Assembly (NCBI GenBank): GCA_964016885.1 | Contig: CAXHJY010000906.1 | Coordinates: forward strand, 1 to 34,005 | DNA length: 34,005 nt | Source of the DNA: Eledone cirrhosa | Lineage: Eukaryota | Reading direction: 5' to 3' | Shown: positions 12,151 through 31,581 of the stretch, piece by piece | Position numbering within the stretch: position 1 is the first letter of the stretch | How the letters are laid out: each line of letters starts with the position of its first letter | Position numbers and translations under genes: made by a program | The notes under the pieces: generated by a model | Told to the model about the DNA's origin: nothing | Databases searched by the model: none | The model's input: the letters and a program-made list of their open reading frames with translations, nothing else

Positions 12151-12359
12151 AACATCGACTCTCTCTCTCATCTAGCTGTTTTTTTCTTCTCTCTATCCAT
12201 CTCTATCTCTCTCGGTTCTTCTGTCTGTATATGTGTGTGTATACGTATGTATATATATGAGACATTACATGGTTTTAATGACTTAATTCTATCTATGATT
12301 TATACACACACACACTGCATTTATGCACGTGAACAATTCCGTCATCTACTTTTATTGAG

Positions 12360-13557
<1,198 letters not shown>

Positions 13558-14121
13558 TAATGGGACATCAGGGAGAAGATACAATCTGACTGTGTGTATG
13601 TGTGTGTCTACATACAGCAATAATATATGCGGCGGACGCTGTGCTGGGGCGTGCATGGAGGCAGTTCTGCCTGGAAGTTTACTTGATTAAACTTACTGGA
13701 CCACAACGGTTGTTTCTGCCTTGAGAAATGACAGCCAGGCAGTCACATTATCACCACCCACACTGCCTTCTCTCCCTCCATTCCACCCCAACACCCTGCT
13801 CACACCGCCTCGCAAATTGTAAATTGGAATTCTCTAAGGAATTGCGAGAGGAAAGACATGTGAAAGTCCGAGTCCCTGTTTCGTGTGTCGGCCAAAGTAA
13901 ATCGATCGTCTCAACAAACACACACACACATGCACACGCACGCACAGAGAGAGGGGGGACAACGTTCTGGAAGAATGTAGATGAGACATGCCGTCAAGTA
14001 ACGGAGCGTTAAAGGGAAGTGTGTGTGTGTGTGCGTAAAAGTATGTATATCGATATATATATGTATGTATATATACGTATATATCGATATACACACTTTC
14101 ACGCAAACCCACACACAAACT

Positions 14122-17383
<3,262 letters not shown>

Positions 17384-17385
<2 letters not shown>

Positions 17386-17680
17386 ACAAATGAATATATG
17401 ATAAACACTAATACAAGTATATAAGTGTTTGTATTGCAAATGACCAAGTTAGCTAGATTGAAAAATACTAATTAAATTAATACAGTTTGCCTGTCTCGAT
17501 TTAATATAATAATCAATAAAAACATGCCAATATGGGTTCGTTTTTATTGATTTATTATTTTAAATCGAGACAGGCAAACTGTATTAATTTAATTAGTATT
17601 TTTCAATCTAGCTAACTTGGTCATTTGCAATACAAACACTTATATACTTGTATTAGTGTTTATCATATATTCATTTGTAT
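17384..17680. repeat. Long inverted repeat (140-bp arms, 16-bp spacer)
   Basis: 17384-17523 is the near-perfect reverse complement of 17540-17680. Confidence 0.92.
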
Positions 17681-17761
17681 TTCACGGCTCAAAAATATCT
17701 CTTTCTTTGAACTATTTAATTGTAAAAGACTGTTTGTGTTTATAACTCTATATATAGTATA

Positions 17762-19305
17762 TACTCTTTTACTCTTTACTCTTTTACCTGTTTCAGCCAT
17801 CCGGCTGAGGCCATGCTGGGGCACCGCCCTTGTTGCTACACATTTTATATCCAGCCTGTATAGGTTGGCCACTGGTGTAAGAGGGAGTTTGTTGCTGCTG
17901 CCCTTAGGTTTCCCTCGTGTCTTGCTGTGGGCTCATCCGGGATCCTGGATAACAAGGTGTCGAGATGTTTCTTAAAGACATCCACCTCCACGTCATGCAA
18001 GTCTCTCAGATGCCTCGGCAGCCTGTTGAGGAGTTGAGGGCCCTTGAATCCCAGGCTATTGCAATACCTGCTCCTTATTCTAGATGTGGAAGTCGGGACC
18101 TTTGGCACCACACAGTGACGTCCTGTTCGACGGTTGGTCCAGCTCCCAATGCCAAAGTTTGGTGCTAGTCCCTCCAGGATTTTCCACATGTAGATCACTG
18201 AGTATCTCTCCCGTCTTCGCTCCAAGGAGTAGAGGTTCAGTTCCTTTAGCCTCTCCCAGTAGCTTGTCTCCCTCATCTTGGCAATCCGCTTGGTGTAGCT
18301 ACGCTGGATTGCCTCAAGCTCCGTGGTTAGTTTGACACTATGGCGTGACCACAGCTGGGAGCAGTAGTCCAGGCGGCTTAAGACAAAAGTCCTCCACAGT
18401 GTCAACATGGTGTCTCGATCTCTTGTCCGGAAAATCCTCAAGATCCAGCCAGCGAGTCGTCTGCACATTGTCGCCACTTTCATAATGTGTGAAGAAAAAG
18501 ATGCATCATGGCTCGTATCGATTTTGACACACGGGAATATCGGTCCCTCATGGTCCTGTGTAGCTGTGTTCCACTATATTTGTGTTTGCAGGTTTGTATT
18601 GTAGGGCTTGGAATTTGCCAGCATTAAACTGCATGTTGTAAAAGGGCAGCGTCAGCCGGGTTTTTGATTGCCTGTGTTGCATGCACCACAGAGGGCATGT
18701 CCGAGAGAGCCACCAAAAACAGTAGTGGTCCCAGGACTGTCCCCTGGGGCACCCCACTTGTTATCGGTGTTTCCCTCGAGAGGGCTCCATTTGCTGCGAC
18801 TGCCTGGCTTCTATCCCTTAGGAAGCCATGCAGCCACTCACCTACTTTTCCAGTTATGCCGAGTCCGTGTAGTTTGTGACATATCATTCCGTGGTCGACC
18901 TTGTCAAAGGCCTTCGCAAAGTCAAGATATATCACGTCCACATGTGAGCTGTCTAGTAGTTGTCTCAGTACCCAGTCGTAGTGATGTAGCAGCTGTGTAA
19001 GGCAGCTTCTTCCTGGGCGGAAGCCATGTTGCGTGCTAGTCAGGCGGTCACTTTCTTCGAGGAAAGTGATTAGTTTCTTTCTGACGACTCGCTCCATGAC
19101 CTTACTGATATGCGACGTCAGGGAGACTGGTCTATAGTTCTTGGCCTCCGCTCTACTACCTCCTTTATGGATAGGGCATATTGTGCCTTTCAGCTCCCTG
19201 GGTAGTACACCGCTAGCCAAGGAGCTTCTGAAGAGCATCTTCAGTGGAGTTGCTGAGGCCCGCTTACATATTTTTAAGAGAACTGCTGGGAATCCATGAG
19301 GTCCA
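17762..19305 (-). mobile_element. 5'-truncated CR1/L2-group LINE with decayed RT and (GAGTAAAA)n tail
   Basis: [67 protein letters not shown]; 3' hairpin TCAGCC-ATCC-GGCTGA; octamer tail 17762-17787; YADD region deleted. Confidence 0.9.
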
Positions 19306-19608
19306 TGTATATATATATATGTATATATGTATATGTATATATATATGTATGTATATGTATATATATGTATATGTATATATATATATGTATATATATAGAT
19401 ATGTACATATATATATATGTGTGTATATATATAGATATGTATATATATATATATATGTATGTATATGTATATATATATGTGTATGTATATATATGTGTAT
19501 ATATATATGTATATATATGTGCATATATATATGTATATATGTGTATATATATGTGTATGTATATGTATATATATATGTATATATATATGTATGTATATGT
19601 ATATATAT
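19306..19608. repeat. (TA)n/(TATG)n microsatellite
   Basis: Read directly. Confidence 0.95.
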
Positions 19609-19646
19609 AATATATAAGAACAAAACATGGTTAAAAGAGTTCCATG

Positions 19647-19717
19647 TATTTTATTATGCGCATTTCAAAAACAAACATCATCATGCAATAATATTTGTGT
19701 TTTCATCAGATAAAACA
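19647..19717 (-). ncRNA. Minimal type I hammerhead ribozyme motif (family A)
   Basis: Minus strand: TGTTTTAT-CTGATGA-16-bp stem II-GAAA-TGCGCA-TA-ATAAAATA. Confidence 0.85.
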
Positions 19718-19951
19718 GGAGGACATGATATGAAGGTTAAAAAACACTTGTGGATAGTTCAGTTTTAAATCAACATATGAGAAGTGGTTTTAGATTGATG
19801 TGTGATATTGGGAAAGATATTTTTTAGAGGGGGGGGGGGGAGGTTGGCAAGGATGAAAGAAAAGAGGAGATGAGAGTGAAGTTTGAGAGGGAGGAGTATA
19901 ATGAGGGAGGATGAGATAGGAGGAGAGATGGGTGATAGAGAGAGAGAGATA

Positions 19952-20035
19952 GCTTTTATAACTGAGAAAGATATATTGTTTTACATAGAGAGGGCTTTTA
20001 TAACTGAGAAAGATATATTGTTTTACATAGAGAGG
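19952..20035. repeat. 42-bp tandem duplication
   Basis: GCTTTTATAACTGAGAAAGATATATTGTTTTACATAGAGAGG x2. Confidence 0.9.
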
Positions 20036-20070
20036 TTGAAAACCGTTGGAAGATAATGTATAAATTAAAA

Positions 20071-20755
20071 GAATTTGAAAATTAACGAAGAGCAAAATAA
20101 TGTAAAGTTAAGGTTTGTATATTGAGGGGTTTGATAATATGTGCGAAGAAAAAGAAAGAGTTAATATATATTGAGAATAATGAGTTAGATGAAGGGGAGA
20201 AAAGAATAATGAATTGTGGATGAATAATCTAACGTAAAAAAAAATGTATATGTTTACGAAGGGTTTTTACAAGGTGATATAGAGTAAGAATGTGTTGTGT
20301 TATGTAATAATTGATTCTATGTTAGGCAAGAGTGAGAAAAGGTACAGATTAGGGGTTAGATATTAGAAGAAGAAGAGAAGGAAGGGGTGATGTAGAAAGA
20401 GTAGACAAGTATTATAGAATTTGAAAATTAACAAAGAGAAAAATAATGTAAAGTTAAGGTTTGTATATTGAGGGGTTTGATAATATGTGCGAAGAAAAAA
20501 TGAGTTAGATGAAAGGGAGAAGAGAATAGTGAATTGAGGATGAATAATCTAACGTCAAAAAAAATGTATATGTTTACGAAGGATTTTTACAAGGTGATAT
20601 AGAGTAAGAATGTGTTGTATTATGTAATAATTGATTCTATGTTAGGCAGGAGTGAGAAAAGGTACAGATTAGGGGTTAGATATTAGAAGAAGAAGAGAGG
20701 AAAAGGAAGTGATAAATAGGGGTGATGTAGAAAGAGTAGACAAGTATTATAGAAT
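20071..20755. repeat. ~346-bp tandem duplication inside the Penelope 3' region
   Basis: GAATTTGAAAATTAAC at 20071 and 20417; both copies end GTAGACAAGTATTATAGAAT; small indels between copies. Confidence 0.9.
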
Positions 20756-20864
20756 GTATAATGACCTTTGAAATAAGGTAGAAAGATGGGTATATTTTTG
20801 AAAGAAGTGTATATATATATGTGTGCCTTTGAGAAAAAGATTCTAAATTGATAAAAATTGAATA

Positions 20865-21482
20865 TTAGCTGTATACTTTGTGAAATGTTTTATGGAATTT
20901 ATGCAAGCAGATAGAAAACAAGTCAGTGCGTCTATTTATGATAGAATCTAGATTAGAGATAATGGTAATTTTTTCATTTAGACAGAGATTGCAGATTTTG
21001 GATAGAGAACTGTTCAAGTATGGAGACGCAGAAGAAACCTTCTTCCAAAAGATGTTATATTTAATATTTTTGTCTTTCAAGGACCATATGAGTTCTGAGA
21101 GAGCCGTGTTGGTTCTTTTAAGTTTGTATTTAAAAGACGAATGATGGTTATAAAGACGAGCTTTAAAAGAGGTGGAAGTGGAGCCAAAATAGGTGAAGGA
21201 ATTGGTGTCAGTTATAACTTTACATTCGTAAATTAAGTTTTTATCAAGACAATGGTTGTTGAGAGGACATTTATTTTTAATAGGGCAATTGCAATTAGAG
21301 AGATTATTAATGAGTGACCTAGTGTTATCTATAGAAGGAATTGGAGTGGAGAAGTTGTTTGCGATCGGAATAATAGTTTCTTGATTTAGAATGGGATTAT
21401 GAACATTTAGCGAAGTTGGGTTTGTAGAAATTAGCCTAGGGTTTACAATGACGTCGGGAGTACTATTATTATGAAATTCAGT
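20865..21482 (-). pseudogene. Penelope-type GIY-YIG endonuclease C-terminal fragment (no start codon)
   Basis: Manual translation upstream of the listed 71-aa ORF: CNCPIKNKCPLNNHCLDKNLIYECKVITDTNSFTYFGSTSTSFKARLYNHHSSF...ALSELIWSLK...CNLCLNEK...NRRTDLFSICLH. Confidence 0.9.
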
Positions 21483-21512
21483 GTTGTACTACAATAAAAC
21501 TCACCTCCTACA

Positions 21513-21760
21513 TATGTATATATATATATATGTATATATATGTGTATATATATATGTGTATATATATATATATATGTATATATATGTATGTATGTATATA
21601 TGTATGTGTATATATATGTATGTATATATATATGTATATATGTGTATGTATATATATATGTATGTATATATATATGTATATATATATATGTATATATATA
21701 TATGTATGTATATATATGTATATATATGTATATATGTATATTTATGTATGTATATATATG

Positions 21761-21824
<64 letters not shown>

Positions 21825-21870
21825 TGTATATATATGTATGTATATATATATATATGTATATATATATATG

Positions 21871-21903
<33 letters not shown>

Positions 21904-21918
21904 GTGTATATATATATG

Positions 21919-21989
<71 letters not shown>

Positions 21990-21996
21990 GTATATA

Positions 21997-22045
<49 letters not shown>

Positions 22046-22058
22046 GTATATATATATG

Positions 22059-22091
<33 letters not shown>

Positions 22092-22110
22092 GTATATATG
22101 TATATATATG

Positions 22111-22146
<36 letters not shown>

Positions 22147-22316
22147 TGTATATATATGTATATATATGTATATGTATATATATATATGTATATGTATATA
22201 TATATATGTATATAATGTATGTATATATGTATATAATGTATGTATATATGTATATATATATGTGTATATATGTATGTATATATATGTGTATATATGTATG
22301 TATGTATATATATGTG

Positions 22317-22366
<50 letters not shown>

Positions 22367-22432
22367 TGTATATATATGTATGTATATATATGTATATATA
22401 TATATGTAATATATATATATATATGTATATAT
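21513..22432. repeat. (TA)n/(TATG)n microsatellite
   Basis: Read directly. Confidence 0.95.
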
Positions 22433-22836
22433 AATTAAGTTAAAGTGTACATCTACATATGTATACTTTAAAACCCGGTTCGTCTGTTTGTTTACATACA
22501 GACTAGCTGGACACTCACTGTAAAGTGTCTAGTGAAAAGCTCGGTACATGTACATATGTATACATATGTGTATTTATATGCATACTAGTACTTCCGTATA
22601 CATATGTAGATGTACACTTTAACTTAATTGTTTAAGCGTCAGTCATACAAAAGTGAGTTAGAAGCGAAACTAAATTTAATTTCGTTTCGTTATTTGTTTT
22701 TATCGTTTCCGCTGAACCGGCGCGTACAATGACTCACGTTCTATGCAAGTTAGTCTGCCCACTACTGATTTTCATAGAAAAAGCATATAACGATATGTGC
22801 TTTTACAATTCTCCAGAGAAGCCGGAAGATAGGTAT

Positions 22837-22879
22837 ATATTGCTGATGAGATGTAATAACATCGAAACTAGTCCAATAT
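22837..22879 (+). ncRNA. Minimal type I hammerhead ribozyme (family B, copy 1)
   Basis: ATATTG-CTGATGA-GATGT/AATA/ACATC-GAAA-CTAG-TC-CAATAT; predicted GUC cleavage after 22873; stem I extends to 22809-22901. Confidence 0.92.
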
Positions 22880-23306
22880 TCCTGTCTGGCTCTCTGGAGA
22901 ATAGAGGAAGTGTGTTTCCTTGAAAACTCGTATGACTTTAAAACCCGGTTCGTCTGTTTGTTTACATACAGACTAGCTGGACACTCACTGTAAAGTGTCT
23001 AGTGAAAAGCTCGGTACATGTACATATGTATACATATGTGTATTTATATGCATACTAGTACTTCCGTATACATATGTAGATGTACACTTTAACTTAATTG
23101 TTTAAGCGTCAGTCATACAAAAGTGAGTTAGAAGCGAAACTAAATTTAATTTCGTTTCGTTATTTGTTTTTATCGTTTCCGCTGAACCGGCGCGTACAAT
23201 GACTCACGTTCTATGCAAGTTAGTCTGCCCACTACTGATTTTCATAGAAAAAGCATATAACGATATGTGCTTTTACAATTCTCCAGAGAAGCCGGAAGAT
23301 AGGTAT

Positions 23307-23349
23307 ATATTGCTGATGAGATGTAATAACATCGAAACTAGTCCAATAT
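23307..23349 (+). ncRNA. Minimal type I hammerhead ribozyme (family B, copy 2)
   Basis: Identical to copy 1, 470 bp downstream; predicted cleavage after 23343. Confidence 0.92.
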
Positions 23350-23648
23350 TCCTGTCTGGCTCTCTGGAGAATAGAGGAAGTGTGTTTCCTTGAAAACTCG
23401 TATGACTTTAAAACCCGGTTCGTCTGTTTGTTTACATACAGACTAGCTGGACACTCACTGTAAAGTGTCTAGTGAAAAGCTCTGTACATGTACATATGTA
23501 TACATATGTGTATCTATATGCATACTAGTACTTCCGTATACATATGTAGATGTACACTTTAACTTAATTGTTTAAGCGTCAGTCATACAAAAGTGAGTTA
23601 GAAGCGAAACGAAATTTAATTTCGTTTCGTTATTTGTTTTTATGTATA

Positions 23649-23699
<51 letters not shown>

Positions 23700-23703
<4 letters not shown>

Positions 23704-24806
23704 CAAGCCGGTGGTCACTACCCAGTGTACTGAAATAGCTGTATGGTTCCGTGTTCAGAACACTATTCCGCCACTTTTTCCTCACCAGAATGAAATCAAT
23801 CTGGGACTTGGACAGGTGCATATCTGAGATGTAGGTCCACATCTTCCCCAGATTCTTCCTAAACCTTAGGTTGGTCGCCATCAAGTTCGCCTCCAGCAGG
23901 GTGTCTCTCAGTAGTCTTCCATTTCGGTTGGTGTTGTTATGGAAGTACCAGCAAGGATCTTCACTGCCCTCCTTACTCAGATGTGCATTGAAGTCCCCCA
24001 AAACAAGCAGGATATTGTGTGCCTGAGTGGTGTTGACAGCTCTACACACCTCCGCATTCACATCACTGTCCCCCTCGGTTGGACTATAGGCTGAGATGAC
24101 TGTCAGTCTTGGGTTTCCATTGAAGGTCACCCTCAACACTCGCGGGGAGATAGGCATTATTTCCCTCACCAACAGATTGGTTTTTGCACTGAACACAAAA
24201 CCCACTCCTCCCACTTCAGCATTTGTTGTGTTCTTCACTGCCGATGTAGTGATGAGCTGGCTCTTCCTCCCGATCATCACACTCCTCACGGGCTCATCGT
24301 GTAGAATCCTGTGTTCTTGGATCGCAAGTATCTGTATACCACTCTCCTCGAACAGATGTCCCAACTCCTCCCTCTTCTCCAGCGTTTGAATAGTCCTCAC
24401 ATTCAAAGTGCCCATTTTGATGGCTCTTCTGCAGGACAAAACTGCATTCTTTATATTTGTCTCAGAGACAGCTGATCCATCATCCACTGGCCCTCTCTGT
24501 GGCTCTAAGCCAGCAGAGTCATAACGACCAGGCTGCTCCTTGACAGTGTAATTAGGGGCTCTAACCCTAGTGCTGTTAGATCGACTCTCCATATTTCTTT
24601 TCAATGGCTGACAATACCTTACCGGCGCCACTCGAATAAGGTAGTTATTTAACCCATAAATGGAGCCCTAACAGGTACTACCACCCCGGGCCAGGGCAGA
24701 CCTGGGAGTCATGACAACTAAGGGGTAACTCCACATTCCCCACATCTCCTGAACTCCCGAACTGGAGCCTTGCCACTGGATGTAGTTTAATGTCATACCC
24801 AGGACA
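23700..24806 (-). mobile_element. 5' part (5'UTR + AP-endonuclease) of an RTE/RTEX-like LINE
   Basis: GTLNVRT, IQEHR, GGVGF, SAYSPT, GDFNAH, NRNG, QIDFIL, SDHRLV; the frame runs into (TA)n; structured leader at 24632-24806. Confidence 0.9.
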
Positions 24807-24811
24807 TATAC

Positions 24812-25111
24812 ACTGAGTATGAAAAACTCAGAGCTGTATGGGAGCATCCCAAGAGTCAGCTCAAAAGTGACACAGAGGAGACTGAGGTTGGCTGGACATG
24901 CTCACCGACATCCGGAGTTGACATTGCACTCAGTGCTCCTTTGGGAGCCCCTACATGGACACACTAGAAGAGGAAGGACCAAGGTTAACATATGTTGATG
25001 CCCTAAGGACAGACACTGGTCTGTTGGAGATGCAGGATATGGCAGCGATAATGAGGGACAGAGATCGCTGGAGAGAACTCGTCCATGGATCTCGGGAATT
25101 TTACCCGCCTT

Positions 25112-25112
<1 letters not shown>
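24812..25112 (+). mobile_element. 3' end of an RTE/RTEX-like LINE
   Basis: Translates [31 protein letters not shown]...[21 protein letters not shown]...MRDRDRWR with one frameshift, then (TA)n. Confidence 0.85.
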
Positions 25113-25167
<55 letters not shown>

Positions 25168-25492
25168 ATATATATATATATATATGTATGTATATGTATA
25201 TATATATATGTATATATATATATGTATATATATATATGTATGTATATATATATATGTATATATATGTATATATTATATATGTATATATAATGTATGTATT
25301 TATATATGTATGTATTTATATATATATGTATATGTATATATATATATGTATGTATTTATATATATATGTATATATATATATATGTATATGTATATGTATA
25401 TATATATGTATATGTATATATATATGTATATATATATGTATATATATATGTATATATGTATATGTATATATGTATATGTATATATGTATATG

Positions 25493-25532
<40 letters not shown>

Positions 25533-25660
25533 TATATATGTATGTATATAATGGTAAATTATGTATATATATGTATATATGTATATGTATATATATGTAT
25601 GTATATATGTATATATATGTATGTATATATATATATATATGTATATAGACATATATATAT
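25113..25660. repeat. (TA)n/(TATG)n microsatellite
   Basis: Read directly. Confidence 0.95.
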
Positions 25661-25912
25661 ATTAACCCACTCGATATGCAAATTGGGCTACTCAGTCGTT
25701 AATATGCATAAGGTAAGTATATACATTCAACAATCTGGCAGGAAGGTATACATTGCTGATGATAGCTAATAAGCTTGAAACTAGTACAACGTTCCTTTGT
25801 TAGTGTTGAACAAACGGGCAACGGTGGTTGCTAGACACTACGGCTTAATACGGGATGTTTGTTTACAAACACACCGAGCATTATAATAGATGTTCGGTGA
25901 ATCCATACGTAC
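25661..25912 (+). mobile_element. Solo diverged relative of the 470-bp hammerhead unit
   Basis: Colinear shared motifs TATGCAA.TT.G.CT.C.CA, AGGTATA.ATTGCTGATGA...GAAACTAGT.CAA..TTCCT, TGTTTGTTTACA.ACA, hairpin-GTGAA; TA arrays on both sides. Confidence 0.7.
25751..25791 (+). ncRNA. Minimal type I hammerhead ribozyme motif (family B')
   Basis: CATTG-CTGATGA-tAGCT/AATA/AGCTt-GAAA-CTAG-TA-CAACG; extended stem I TTCAACA/TGTTGAA, CTGGCA/TGTTAG, GGAA/TTCC. Confidence 0.8.
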
Positions 25913-26009
25913 ATATATATATATATGTGTGCATGTATGTATATATATATACATACTACTGTACGTCTGTATACATATATGTATGTACCTGTACATACTT
26001 ATATTTATG

Positions 26010-26040
<31 letters not shown>

Positions 26041-26050
26041 GTATATATTT

Positions 26051-26557
26051 TAAGGCGGGTAAAATTCCCGAGATCCATGGACGAGTTCTCCAGCGGTCTC
26101 TGTCCCTCATTATCGCTGCCATGTCCTGCGTCTCCAATAGACCAGTGTCTGTCCTTAGGACATCAACATACGTTAACCTTGGTCTTCCTCTTCTAGTGTG
26201 TCCATGTAGGGGCTCCCAAAGGAGCACTGAGTGCAATGTCAACTCTGGATGTCGGTGAGCATGTCCAGCTAACCTCAGTCTCCTCTATCACTGAGAATGA
26301 ATGAGACTAAAACAAAATATCTGGTAGAGAATGTTGAGAAGCCAGAAGGGATCACTAATGTAGGTGGGAAGCCGCTAGAAATGGTTGAGGGCTTCCTGTA
26401 TTTGGGAGCAAAGATTGGGAATACGGAAGATGATGTGGTTGAGAGGAAGAGCAAGGCCTGGGCGGCGTGCCACAGCTTGAGATCGGTGTGGAAGTCGGAC
26501 CTTCGTAGAGACCTGAAAATCCGCCTCTTCATTGCTGTAGTGGAGTCTGTGCTGTAT
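26051..26557 (-). mobile_element. RTE/RTEX-like fragment with inverted 5' segment
   Basis: 26051-26286 is a near-identical reverse complement of 24874-25112. 26290-26557 on the + strand encodes the post-RT region MNETKTKY...FLYLGAKI...[15 protein letters not shown]...[14 protein letters not shown]. Confidence 0.85.
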
Positions 26558-30831
<4,274 letters not shown>

Positions 30832-31153
30832 TTATACTTTGGGAGGGTCATGTTGCTTTCCAGTTGCTTTCACTTCAATTTATTATATATTTATAAATTT
30901 ACAAATCTACAAATTTATAAATTTCTGGTTGGTTGGTTGGTTCCACAACCAGATAGTTGTTTATATAACCAGAAATTTATAAACTTGTAGATTTGTAAAT
31001 TTATAAATTTATAAATATATAATAAATTGAAGTGAAAGCAACTGGTGCGTGTTTTTCCTATTGGCAACATGACCCTCCCAAAGTATAACAATATCGGTTT
31101 CAACACACGATTTCCTCCCAAAGTATAACAATATCGGTTTCAACACACGATTT
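30832..31153. repeat. Inverted repeat (30832-30930 / 30967-31088) plus 40-bp tandem duplication (31074-31153)
   Basis: TTATACTTTGGGAGGGTCATGTTGC...CCAGTTGCTTTCACTTCAAT is mirrored by ATTGAAGTGAAAGCAACTGG...GCAACATGACCCTCCCAAAGTATAA. Confidence 0.88.
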
Positions 31154-31430
31154 CAGATAAAGAATCTTGCTAAACAAATTCAGAAACGATATATATACAT
31201 ATATATACATATATATATATATACATATATATACATATATATACATATATATATATACATATATACATACATATATATATATACATATATATTAGAAAGT
31301 GAGGTTTTTTTTTACAAAATGAAAAATAACCGAGGTGTCCTACACGAGTGAAAGTATAAAGAAAAAGAGATGAAATCGAAAATGCAACTGAAGTCTTATT
31401 TTTTAAAAAAATATATATATTTATTTGGTT

Positions 31431-31468
31431 CCTTTACCGGTTTCGCAGTTCTTCTGCTTTTCAAAAGG
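31431..31468 (-). ncRNA. Hammerhead motif with U3-A8 variant core (family C, inverted copy)
   Basis: Exact reverse complement of 31544-31581. Confidence 0.65.
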
Positions 31469-31543
31469 TGAGTTGAGATGGAAGGTCTGTGGTTTTTCTC
31501 ACATCTGATGTGAGAAAAACCACAGACCCTCCATCTCAACTCA

Positions 31544-31581
31544 CCTTTTGAAAAGCAGAAGAACTGCGAAACCGGTAAAGG
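31544..31581 (+). ncRNA. Hammerhead motif with U3-A8 variant core (family C)
   Basis: CCTT-TTGAAAA-GCAG/AAGAA/CTGC-GAAA-CCGG-TA-AAGG. Confidence 0.65.

Larger units (their letters stand above)
19606..21512 (-). mobile_element. 5'-truncated Penelope-like retroelement
   Basis: GIY-YIG C-terminal coding region, long pyrimidine-rich 3' region, terminal hammerhead, and a 29-bp inverted terminal piece at the 5' junction. Confidence 0.88.
22433..23643 (+). mobile_element. 470-bp tandem repeat (2.5 units) carrying hammerheads; retrozyme-like or tandem Penelope pLTR
   Basis: Units start at 22465, 22935 and 23405. Units 1 and 2 look identical; the partial unit 3 has 3 substitutions. 22433-22466 is an inverted copy of 22596-22629. 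Confidence 0.85.

Noticed and set aside
13556-14012. GC-richer unique island with 94-aa ORF
   Set aside because: No domain similarity or clear splice structure visible.
22729-22923. 64-aa ORF repeated in the 470-bp unit
   Set aside because: No recognisable motif; it overlaps the ribozyme and the diverged homologue gives no matching ORF. Probably incidental.
31120-31160. Minus-strand CTGAAAT...GAAACCGATA possible decayed hammerhead
   Set aside because: Core broken and no stems; cannot be supported.
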